From Podarcis liolepis (Eukaryota), in assembly GCA_965112155.1 (NCBI GenBank), contig OZ218101.1: a stretch of 64,000 nucleotides of DNA. One strand, 5' to 3'. The stretch's first letter is position 1; each line of letters opens with the position of its first letter. A model generated the notes under the pieces. It was given only the letters and a program-made list of their open reading frames with translations, did no database searches and was not told the origin of the DNA. Below, piece by piece: positions 53,855 through 64,000 of this stretch. A program made the translations under genes and the position numbers.

Positions 53855-55630
53855 CTAAACAGTTAGTCTCTTTTGTTGTTGAATGTCTTTAGCATCTAGT
53901 AATTCAGAAAGCTCTAGCACAGCACACTGCAATCCATACCAAGGCAACGAAGCTTTGCATATTTCTTCCCAACAGTCATTGTCTATATCATAGCCCACCA
54001 CATCCTGAGTTGGAATCTCCTGGGAATCTTGCCACTTCTTCCCCCCAATGAGAAGGGCAGTTTCCTCCACTACTGCCAAACCATAACTAAATCGATCATA
54101 GACCAATGGCCTTAGACGAGTCCATTGATTTTGGTCAGGATTGTATTTTTCAATTTCAGAGAATGGTTCATAAAGGCCTAAAAATGTAAAGATGCAATCT
54201 CTTATGGTGGCCATCTGATGCCCAAACCGGGCAATGCTCATGGGGGCTTGCTTTCTCCATTGCCCTTCTAGTGTGCTCAAAGAGTACAAATCCTTACTTG
54301 TGTTACTTTGATTTGTGCATTTGCCACCCGATATATAAATGTTATTCTTGCAAACAGTGCCGGCATGACCATGGATTTTGCATGGCAAATCTCGAACTTT
54401 TGTCCATGTGTCTCGGCTAATGTTGTAGGCTTCGACGGATGAATGTAATGATCCATCCTCACCTTGACCGCCAATTGCAATAATGGTGTTTTCTAGGATG
54501 CAACAAGAAAAGTGGCATCTTTTTTCTAGCATCCCGTTGATTTGTATCCACTTGTTAAATCTGGGGTCATAGCGATGGACTTTGTTTGTCACTGTTAAAG
54601 TGGGACTTTTCGTTTCACTTTGCAAATCTTCTATTTCTCCACCTAGCACATACAGAAAGTTTCCAACTGTACACACACAGTGATTTTGTAGTCGATCCTG
54701 CACCTGTGTTAAAATCTGCCATTTGTGATTGTAAACATCAAAAGCCACCACATCCTTGCTGGGCCCTTCATGTTGAATCATACCTCCAAGCAGGATAATC
54801 CGCGTCTTCTGGTTTCTCAGTGTGCTGTACTTATCCTGTAGGATAGGTTGCCTAAAGACGAATGAGTGGTAGTTTATTGCTTTTATGATTAAGCATTTTA
54901 TGGGTGCTGTTAGAGGCACTTCTGATTGAGTGTAGACTTTTCTCAGATTTTCCACAGGAATAAGACCATATCGTATGTGTTCCAATAAGCAAGTTGTATG
55001 TGTCAGTCTCAATTTATCATACTTCAGCCACTTCAGCAATAGATCTAGCAAATTAGATTCTTTCACCATAGGCAGATCTGAACATTCAACTACTGCCTTC
55101 AAAGATCTGAAATTCAGTTCTAGCAGTTCTGCAAAATCCAGGTCTAGGAGTTTCCAGAAATTAAAAATGAGATATTTTTCTACAGCTGACAAAGCATCTG
55201 GAAGATAGAATCTTGCAGCAACATTGGCAGAAAAGCAGCAGTTCTCTAGGGTAAGATTGTTAGCCAAATATTGGCTGCACAAGACAATTGCCTCAGACAC
55301 TTGCAGGTAGGTAGCGGCTTCCAAAGTGTCTTCCAGGCTGGCAAAAGACAAAGGCAACCAAGAAGTATAAATGAAATCCAGAATGTGTTGCAAACCAGTG
55401 GCTGAGATGACTTGCAGGTGAATGATAGCAGCCTTTGATTCTTTGGTATAACTCTTGAACATGGCCCTGAAGTAATCACTGGAGCAGGCCAGCAAAGACT
55501 TGTGAGCAGGGAACTCATTTTCTTTCACCTTCAACAAAATGTCACACAACAAGCCTTCGCTGCGGAGGGTTTGGTACTGAGACAACACAGAACCACAATG
55601 TCCTTTGCAGTAGGACAGAAAGTAACTCAT
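53855..55630 (-). CDS. KLHL34: Kelch-like protein 34 (BTB-BACK-Kelch CUL3 adaptor), single coding exon, 591 aa from MSYFLSYCKGH
   Basis: uninterrupted ORF; BTB motif LCDILL..FPAHKSLLACSSDYFRAMF, BACK region, kelch repeats with GG/Y/W (LYVLGG..RYDPRFNKW); N-terminus MSYFLSYCK matches KLHL34; convergent position 3' of CNKSR2 fits the known synteny; ATG has A at -3. Confidence 0.93.
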   Translation of the reverse strand: MSYFLSYCKGHCGSVLSQYQTLRSEGLLCDILLKVKENEFPAHKSLLACSSDYFRAMFKSYTKESKAAIIHLQVISATGLQHILDFIYTSWLPLSFASLEDTLEAATYLQVSEAIVLCSQYLANNLTLENCCFSANVAARFYLPDALSAVEKYLIFNFWKLLDLDFAELLELNFRSLKAVVECSDLPMVKESNLLDLLLKWLKYDKLRLTHTTCLLEHIRYGLIPVENLRKVYTQSEVPLTAPIKCLIIKAINYHSFVFRQPILQDKYSTLRNQKTRIILLGGMIQHEGPSKDVVAFDVYNHKWQILTQVQDRLQNHCVCTVGNFLYVLGGEIEDLQSETKSPTLTVTNKVHRYDPRFNKWIQINGMLEKRCHFSCCILENTIIAIGGQGEDGSLHSSVEAYNISRDTWTKVRDLPCKIHGHAGTVCKNNIYISGGKCTNQSNTSKDLYSLSTLEGQWRKQAPMSIARFGHQMATIRDCIFTFLGLYEPFSEIEKYNPDQNQWTRLRPLVYDRFSYGLAVVEETALLIGGKKWQDSQEIPTQDVVGYDIDNDCWEEICKASLPWYGLQCAVLELSELLDAKDIQQQKRLTV

Positions 55631-56387
55631 TTTGCAGAAATGCTCTAAAGCCTTTTTGTCAATGAAAAGAAGGAAAGACACTGCAGCTGTGAATTAACTC
55701 AACTGGACGAGGAAGCACTTGAAGAACAACCATCAGCTCTGCTCCTTCAACTTAATAGAGCCCTTCACATCCCTTTCCAGTTTAGCATCCTGCTAGTATA
55801 CATTGTCTCCTGCATTCATTCATTCATAAAGCTGAATTCAGTAACATCCTCCAGACATTTCTCTCACCTCTGTTTCCGGCACAGGAGATGGTCCACAGGA
55901 GATGAGAGCACTTGCTTGGCCAGCATCAGGTGACAATTTGTGCCAGCTCAGATGTCTCCCGTGGCTTTCCTTTCGCTTTAAGCTGATTAAATAGAGCTTC
56001 TGTGGCTGCTGGTGCATCACGAATGGAAGGAGGAGGGCTGAACTTTGCTGCAGCTTTTGCTCGAGCTGTGTATTTCACTCTTAGACAAGTTTAGCTCTTA
56101 TTCCCCCAGGGCCAACAAGCCACGTATGGTGATTTCTCCTCGTAGGAAGTTTCAGCTGAAAATCAAATCAGCACCTACAGATTAGAGTGTTAGGATTTTG
56201 TGGACACACAGACCTTTAGCCTGGGAGCAGAAAGACGAGCAAAATATGAGGATTAGTCAGTGGTTTAATTTGACATGCATTTTGGAACCCTTTAGTTTAT
56301 ATGATATCACCATAACTCACAGTGACCAGAATAGAATGCAAACACTAGACCCCTTGTCATAGCTGTCCAAGCACTGAACTGAGATGG

Positions 56388-56393
<6 letters not shown>

Positions 56394-56439
<46 letters not shown>
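56394..56439. repeat. (GA)n microsatellite upstream of KLHL34
   Basis: direct reading. Confidence 0.95.
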
Positions 56440-56442
<3 letters not shown>

Positions 56443-59344
56443 GGAGGGGAAAGCAGTCATTTTACAAGGAGTGCAAGCCAGAGGATCTGACATTGAGTGA
56501 CCTGGGTGGAAATCATGCGAGCAACACATTTCTTCAAAGGAGTGACAAAAATAGCCCCGAAATTATGTCATATAAAGCAAGCTCTGTTTATTGTGGGATC
56601 CAGGCATAAATGAGTTCCAAGCAATCTTGAACTTCCTTGGACAGTCCATCACATGGCAGATTTGCAATGGGAAAACAAATGTAGTCAAATTAAATACAAG
56701 GAGTAAGAGATTATCAGTCCTTATCGCCTGTGTCTTGGAACATCCAATTCCCCTCGGGGGCTAAAAACAGTCAGATGCACTCACCCCGCTGGCTGGCTGG
56801 CTGGCTGGCTTGTGACAACCTTTGGATCTATTTGATTGAAATGTCTTTTTCACAGCTCTCATTTCTAAGTAAAAAATAAAAAAATGCAGGTATGTGAGTA
56901 TGAAGGCTGACACAATCCTGGGGAAGGTACAAAATGACTTTTGGAAAGAGAACCCTGGTCTGCCTTATTGGTAAGTTTCTGCTTTTGAACAATGGGGGTG
57001 AAATGTTATTATAGTTATATCATATATGCTTGACCTGGTAGTTTACAAAGGGACACAGCTGATTATGCAAAGTGTTTGTGTTTCCTGGGAGGGTCTTGAT
57101 TTCATCCATATTAATTTCTAAGGTATTTTAAGTGGATAAGACATTTGTCGTACACCACAAAGTATGCACCTCCTTTCTGATGTGATCTGTTCCCTGCTAC
57201 TTTATTGTAACAGCATTGAACATGCACTGGCAAAGCAATCAAGGACAAATAGCTATGGAATCTTGTCAGCCAGAGTGGGAACAAATACTCAAAGCAGTGA
57301 CATTTTGCAGCTGTCCAGGCATATCCCATTTTACACTGTAAGTCAAGCTTTCAGTGTTTCTTCTATATATAAAAAATTGCACGTGCGTACGAAACTAGTG
57401 AGCCACAAGAAAGAATTCTAGCCTAGTTTTCTCCCTGACATTTGTTTTGTATGTAGGGGGAGATACGTTTAATATGGGAAATCAGGAGAATTCAAACATA
57501 CTATTTCTCCCCTTTCAGTCTGCATTGGTATGACCCAGGAAAAACTGCACCATGTGACTGCTCTGATTCTATGTTTCTTTCAGCTGGTCCACATACGGTC
57601 ACTTATCAATAGATGATTGCACTATTGAGTTGCGTTTTGCACGTATGAACAAGCCATTATGGATCAGATATTAAAGACAGAAGTTCCTTATCTCATAGCA
57701 CACTGCTGTTCATATGGTGTCAGATCACAGAGCTACAAGTCTTAGAACGCTGAGTCACCTAGTGATAACAGCTCAAATAATGTGTGCACATGGACACACC
57801 TGCTCCTTGCACTTTCAATTTCAGTTGGGGGAAGGGCAGTGTACATTATTTGCATGTAGAAGGCACCAGAGTCAGTCTCTGACATCTCCTGTTAAATGGA
57901 TCAAATAGCAGTTTATGTGAAAGTCTTGACTACCAGAAAGACAGAATAATAGACAAATATTCTGACTGGCCATAAGGCAACTTTCTATATTAATCTGTAA
58001 TTTTGATTCTATAGGTATGGTACTTTTATCAACAGTATGGTACTGTTGTTCGTATACCCTTCTGATGTAGGGTCAGGAGGGTTGAATAGGGAATGCATGC
58101 ATCCTTGCTATACCACCTTTGGGTTTGGGCAAATTGGGCATAGGTACATGCCAAGTTAGTCAGCGCACCTGTGTGATAAAGGATGGATAAAGTTGTCCCA
58201 GCTGTCTGGAACTTGAGTCTTGCTGAAGTTGTAGCTGCCAAGAGGAGTGCAAATAGGCCTTTAAAATAAGGTGTGAAAAACAGGATAGCCTTTTAAAAGA
58301 GGAATCTGACAAAGGATCCCACCAGGAGCATAACTTAATAGATGTTTTGTTTTGTTTTTTAAAATATTTTTTATTAGCCATAGCAATAAACAGAAATGAT
58401 GAAAAATTCAAGAAAATGTTAGCACAATGATGTTACAGAGATAATCGTGGAAATTTCAGGAATTTAATTTTAATTTGAATATATTGCAGGGACAAAGAAT
58501 CTTACAACAGACTCAACTTTCAAGGAAGGCGCTTGAGAATTACAACCTATTATCTAATCATAGGCACTGCAGGACACTGATGTCTGTGTGTGAATGTACC
58601 GCTTTAGAAGAAAGGAGGTGGATTGTACCCAAAATGAGTGGGGATTGAGTTATGCTACAGAGTATGAGGTGAGAATAACTGGATATAGTTAAAGAAATGT
58701 AAAGTATGTAGATATAGAATTATAGGGTAGAATACAATATATGATAAGATAAATGTTTATTATTGGGTTGAAGGGAGATCTTGTTGAAGAAAAAATGATT
58801 AAACAAAGCCAACATTTGGGGAAAATAAGGAATATATAAGATAGATGCAGTAGATGGGGGGAAAGGGAAATTCTGTCTAAATTTTCAATCCAAAAATGTG
58901 TGTGTGCAAAATTTCTATACTGCCCTTCAGCCAAGGATCACAAGGTGGTTTATAATATAAAAACACAAAAATACAAAACATCATAATACACAATACAATA
59001 CTCCCTCAACCAATCATGTATTTTAAAAGGCCATGGATTGTTTGCTTAGCCAAAGGCTGGGACAACGGGATTTTTTTTGCCAGGCACAAAAAAATGCAGA
59101 AGAAAATTCTGTAGATTCCCTGAAGAAACATCCTAAAAATGATGGCAGCGAATGAGAATTGGAATATAACAATTCTTTCTTAATTGTCCTGGAGTGATTG
59201 AATGTACCTGTATGTGATAAATAGGGTGTGTTGCAAATGGCAGAATGGATGCTCCCAGACCCGCACCAAGGCCACGCCAACGCCTTGTTCTTCAAAAATG
59301 TCACAGAAATGTCTGGGAAGACGTCAGCATGTTCAAAATGAGTT

Positions 59345-59576
59345 TCATGAGAATGTAAGAAGAGCCCTGATGGGTCAGGCCAAAGGCCCATATAGTCCAT
59401 TATTCTAGTCCACCAGTGACCAATCAGAAGGCCACAAGCAGAGCCTGAGCTCAGCAGCACTCTCTCCATGTGCACTTCCCAAAAACTGGGTTCAAACGTA
59501 TATTGCCTTCAACAATGGAGGTAGAACACAGCCTCCACGGCTAGATTGATAGTCTTGACCTCTATGGATTTGTCTT
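59345..59576 (-). mobile_element. CR1-type LINE 3' end fragment
   Basis: catgagaatgtaagaagagccctg..tcaggccaaaggcccat pattern typical of reptile CR1 termini read antisense. Confidence 0.6.
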
Positions 59577-60599
59577 CATAACTCTGCAAGCTTTGAGATG
59601 ACACAGAAGCACACCTGGAATCTTTGAGTGGGCCACAGAGATGCCTTGGTGCTCTGGCCCCATCGCTAGTCCAAACAGAAGGATAAATTTATTGAGACAA
59701 ATTAGTGGGGGGGGGGAGACACATCATGGATTCCCTTGAGTCTCTCATAAGGCTGCAATACCAGGGTACTAAGTACATGCCCTGGAGTAAACGTGCTTAG
59801 AACTGAGGTATGCTTTTGTCCTGGGCCACTGCCACCCCTCTTGATCCAACTTGGGCTGCAACTTGAACTACTGACCTTTCAAGAGCCGCTCATATCCACA
59901 GGGACAACTGAAGTATGCCAGATATTCACCGCGTCTGAAGTCTGTGACTGACAGGCTTATTTCAGGTGAGTCCAAAGCCTGAATCCTCCTGGCTGACCCC
60001 ATATAATTGGCAGCCATGAAAAGCAACCACTATGGCATGCTGCAGGAATCCTGCATAAATGGTTCTCGGTGCTGCATGAAAAGGAAGACCTGTGGGCACT
60101 TGGATGGGCTATTAGCAGGCAGAAAACATTGACGCTTTTGTTCCTTCTAAGAAAATTGCTCACAGAAGATGTTGTGCAAAGAAAAAGGGTGCACTGAATG
60201 TTGAGCCTCGTTTTATGCAAACCTCTAGCAACTGTGGTTTTAGCATGTACAATACAGTGCATTCTCTCCTCTCTTTCATTTGTTCATTCTAAACTGAAGT
60301 AGCAAAGAAGTCAGTCAGAGTTGGTTCACTCTTATTTAGCCATAGACTGTGTTTTTGCAAACTTTTTTATATTGGTGTAATGACATCAAAGGTAAGTACC
60401 TCACTTATAGCATCAAATGACTCATTTGTATTGCCCTTGCGTATATCTACATGTACTTCCTCTCCAAGCTACAGCACAAGATAATTTCCTTTCCGTTGTG
60501 TTTCATTCTCGTTGGCTTTTCATGTTTCAATGTTGTTTTCTGCTTTATTTCTGCATACTCAGGTGTCTCTGAATGTAGAGTGGCTTACAAATTTGGGAA

Positions 60600-60640
60600 T
60601 AAGTAAGTAAGTAAGTAAGTAAGTAAATAAATAAATGAAA

Positions 60641-60671
<31 letters not shown>

Positions 60672-60672
60672 A
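60600..60672. repeat. (TAAG)n(TAAA)n microsatellite
   Basis: direct reading. Confidence 0.9.
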
Positions 60673-62420
60673 TGATATTCTAGGAGGCAGGGCTCTGCAT
60701 GTGAGCCTCACAGAGACTATGGCTGCATTCCTATACCTGCAGTACTGGGCATAAGCCATGTTGGACTTACGTCTGAGTCAAAGTGGGTAGGGTTAGGGAA
60801 TAAGCTTCACTTTCTTGTTTCCTCATACTCAGGCAAAAATCCCCCTTAATTCTAGAAGCTGGCCCTGTGCCACTTGCCAGACACTTTAAGTTACACTGTT
60901 AACAATAGGGATTATCTTCTGCACAAGAAGTGAATGTGCACAGCACATAGGTCATTTTGTTTGCAGTGTTTGGCTTTTTGTTACTGTTCCCTCAGTGCAT
61001 TATTTACATTTCCAGACCACATAATTATTCCTAATTTACTCTTCAGGCAATATTCATTGTTATGTGTGAATGGAGAGAGTGAGTCTCACCCCCCTTCCAT
61101 TACTTTCCAAGGCATAGTATAGCTTTTCTAGGTTAGAAAAGAGGGAGACCAGGCCAGAGAGCATACAAACCACCAGCTCCTGACAGAACCATCAACAGCC
61201 TGAGAGAACTGTTGGGGTAGTTCCTCCTACATCTGCCTTGCAGCTCTCTAGGACCTGAGGAAATGCAGAAGTGAGGGAGGCCAGGCTGAGGAGCACCCAT
61301 CAGCTCCCAAAAGAAACATCAGCAGCCTGAGAGGACTGTTGGGGCAGCTGTTTCCCCACCTTCCCACGGGCTGCCAAGAGCTGTGTGTCCTAAGGAAAGA
61401 CAGAAGCAAGGGAGCCCCGTCAGGGAGCACACATACCATCAGTCCTCAGTTGGCCTGAGAGGACTGTGGCACTCTACCTTTTTATATAATGTTTTAGGGT
61501 TTTAAAATTGTAAACTGCCTTGGCCAAAGGTGACATATATATTCAACTGAGAGAAAATTCTGAGATTTCAAGCAATGCCTTCCATCCAATATGGGCAGGG
61601 CAACTGGGGGGGGTCAGACAGGACTGTGGAAACTTGCTGATGCTTGTGAAAGTAAGATTTTTCACAGACCCAGGAAAAAAATGGAGAAATGGTCTGAGCA
61701 AATTCTACAGTGCACCTGTTTTGCTTTCCTCACATTTGGATTGGATGTGATCCCAAGCAATTGCCCTCTATTGAGAAAGGAGTAGTTGGCACACATGATG
61801 AAAACTTACCCTAGATATGTTAAAGGGCAGTTCCCTCAAGGTGCATACTTAAGATGTGATGTGATGTCTTATCACACAGACAAGAACCAAACTCTCCAAA
61901 CTACCTTGGGCAAACGCCAACAAAAAGCTAACCTTTAAAACCCTTTGCATCTTGGGAAAGCCAGCTTTCTCTCCCATCTGAACATTCCTGCATCTTGAGA
62001 TCTAGTAGTGACAATTTATTGCAAGGGCATTTATCACTGTCAGATTACAGGTAACAACTAAGATGACTTTTTCTATCATAGTCCTGGGACAGCGGAACAA
62101 TCTTCTGCAAAAATATTATCCAGATCTAGAACATCTGTCTTTGTTTTTACTGCAATTTTCTTTTGCGTTTTTGAACATGTTATAGTTAGAGCTGCAATGG
62201 CCACTTGCCACTACTGTCTGAAAATGTGGATTTATTTAAAGGTTTTAGATATATAGCATGTCTATATTGGATGCTGGACCCTGTCTTTCTTATAATCAAA
62301 GGATTGAAAGAATCCACACCCACCCACCCAAATTCATAGACAAATTTTCAACCTGATTTCATGACTGGGGCCACAGAAGTGAAGAATGGTGTTTCTTCCA
62401 GATAAATTTGAATGCATGAT

Positions 62421-62422
<2 letters not shown>

Positions 62423-62452
<30 letters not shown>
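62423..62452. repeat. (GT)n microsatellite
   Basis: direct reading. Confidence 0.95.
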
Positions 62453-62454
<2 letters not shown>

Positions 62455-64000
62455 AAGAAAAATGAAATAGTGAAGAAGGAACAACTCTTTGATTATGAAA
62501 ACACCTCCAGTAAAACCCCTTTCTCAATTATCCTTCCATTTTTCCACTTGGCATCTGATGTTTGTCTAAAACACCCCCCAAAACCTTGGGCTTGGAATTA
62601 AGTGGAAAGAAGATAGCCTTTCCTACTGTGTGGCAACCTGAGAAGCACAGCCTGTAGAATATCCTGTGTCTGTATTGAAATCAATACATCAAATCCCTGC
62701 AACTGGATTTGTACACGCTGTCATCTGAGAGTGAATTTTAGACTTATCAGGAGTTTTGTTACATTTGGTTTTATTATAAGTGGTTTCTGCCAAATTAGCT
62801 AAATGAAACTTTTCAGAAAGGTTACCACAAAGGAAAAGGAAAAGAAATGCACTCTCCCACACAGAACAGCCCCACAAAGGAACCCCAGGATGCCTTCTAG
62901 GGCTGCCTAATTATACCCTCCAATAAAGGAAAAGGAAGCATTAACACCTGCAAGTGACTTAAGGCCACCATTTCTTTTTTCCTGCTATTTCTTTCTGAAA
63001 TCAAAAGCGGTAGTTACAAAATGGTCATTAAAGGATTTCAACAGACCTTGTGTCCTGAAACTATTATTAGAAGTTATAGATAACAGCTCAGAAGCTGGAA
63101 GTGGAAAACAGGAGCAAAGCAAGCCATGTGTGCCTATATGGGGTTTGGTGGGGTGGCTTGTCTCATGGCATCTCATCTGTGCCAGTGGCATGCCAATGGC
63201 CTTGTGCACAATGTACAACAGATCCAGGGGCTCTCGTGGATTGTTTACAAGCAGAAGAGTTCACATAAATGAGGGAATCCTGTTGGCACACAAGATCCAA
63301 TATAATTTCCTAAGTCTTTTCCAAAGTATTACTTCTAGTTTTGTGTAAAAACCCTCCAGGCAATATTTATCACAAAATGTGTTCAGTTAAATTATATCCA
63401 TCTTACATGTTGCAAAGATGCAACTTTTGCATGGTTATATCATTTGTACCAGGCGATTTGAAGGGGGGGATCTAAGTAGCATATAATGGTGAAAAATGGC
63501 TCTAAAAGTTTGGTCAACTAACTCAGCCAGTTTCATATTTCTGGCACCTACAAATTAACTGAAAGCAGTCTGCTTAATTTCCTTCAGGGGTCAGTATCTG
63601 GCATCCAACAGCAAATGCCTTCAATTTCACTTTCCTCTTCTCCTTGTTAACCTGCTGTTGTTGCTACTGCTACTACTGTTGCTCATTATATTTCTATACT
63701 ACACCTTAAAACATCAAATAAAGCAATTCAGAATAAATGTTACTGAAGAAAGTCAAATGTAAAGTATACACTCAAAGCAACATAATTAAAAAGAAACTAA
63801 AATATTATCTTAAATATTTTAAAATCAAAACATTGATGTCAACAACTTAACGTAGCCAAGTTAACAAAAAAAATTAAACATTTTAAAAAAAAACACTACA
63901 AGAAGTCAAATATAAAATGCACATTTAAAATAGTATAATTAAGAAGATAATAAAATAGTCAAGTAAAGCATCTCAATTTGTTATACTTGCTTGACATTGT

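Noticed and set aside
54277-55518. Alternative-frame and antisense ORFs inside KLHL34
   Set aside because: Short shadow ORFs are expected within a long CDS and show no independent signal
55631-55681. 17-aa N-terminal extension of KLHL34 in the ORF track
   Set aside because: It starts at GTG, has an in-frame TAA just upstream (55694-55696), and the recognisable KLHL34 N-terminus begins at the ATG at 55630
55690-56800. MEF2/E-box muscle promoter for KLHL34
   Set aside because: Only imperfect MEF2-like matches and common CAGCTG hexamers; the TSS cannot be located from sequence
58480-58860. CECTALEERR peptide resembling a LINE zinc-knuckle region
   Set aside because: Too degenerate to assign without an alignment; at best an old non-LTR fragment
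61185-61470. CRISPR-like repeat-spacer array
   Set aside because: Eukaryotic context, degenerate repeats, ~100-bp spacers and no cas genes

Overview
Vertebrate genomic DNA. A full-length Sauria/POM-type SINE plus squamate-type MITEs and CR1/L2 relics point to a lizard, probably a lacertid; this is inferred from repeats only. The window holds the 3' half of CNKSR2 (CNK2/MAGUIN synaptic scaffold) on the + strand: 11 canonical coding exons from 646 to 48170, covering the PH domain, a PPxY region and the C-terminal PDZ ligand IETHV*. The intronless BTB-BACK-Kelch gene KLHL34 converges on it from the - strand (55630-53855). The most notable region is the ~26-kb intron after the large 538-nt CNKSR2 exon. 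It contains (i) an alternative terminal exon at 38038 that stops immediately in the phase-1 frame (the short MAGUIN-2/CNK2B-like end) but has a 56-codon CpG-retaining ORF in phase 0 ending in a class-I PDZ-like motif (ASNL*), and (ii) candidate 17-nt and 20-nt microexons; the 17-nt one is followed by RBFOX/QKI motifs. Like the canonical 197-nt penultimate exon, both microexons are 3n+2 long and convert phase 1 to phase 0. Together these suggest a combinatorial, splicing-driven switch of the CNK2 C-terminus and PDZ ligand. The rest is typical intronic and intergenic DNA with MITEs, SINEs, LINE fragments, a possible ORF1-only L1 derivative, possible solo LTRs and microsatellites. All calls come from manual reading; no alignments were run.
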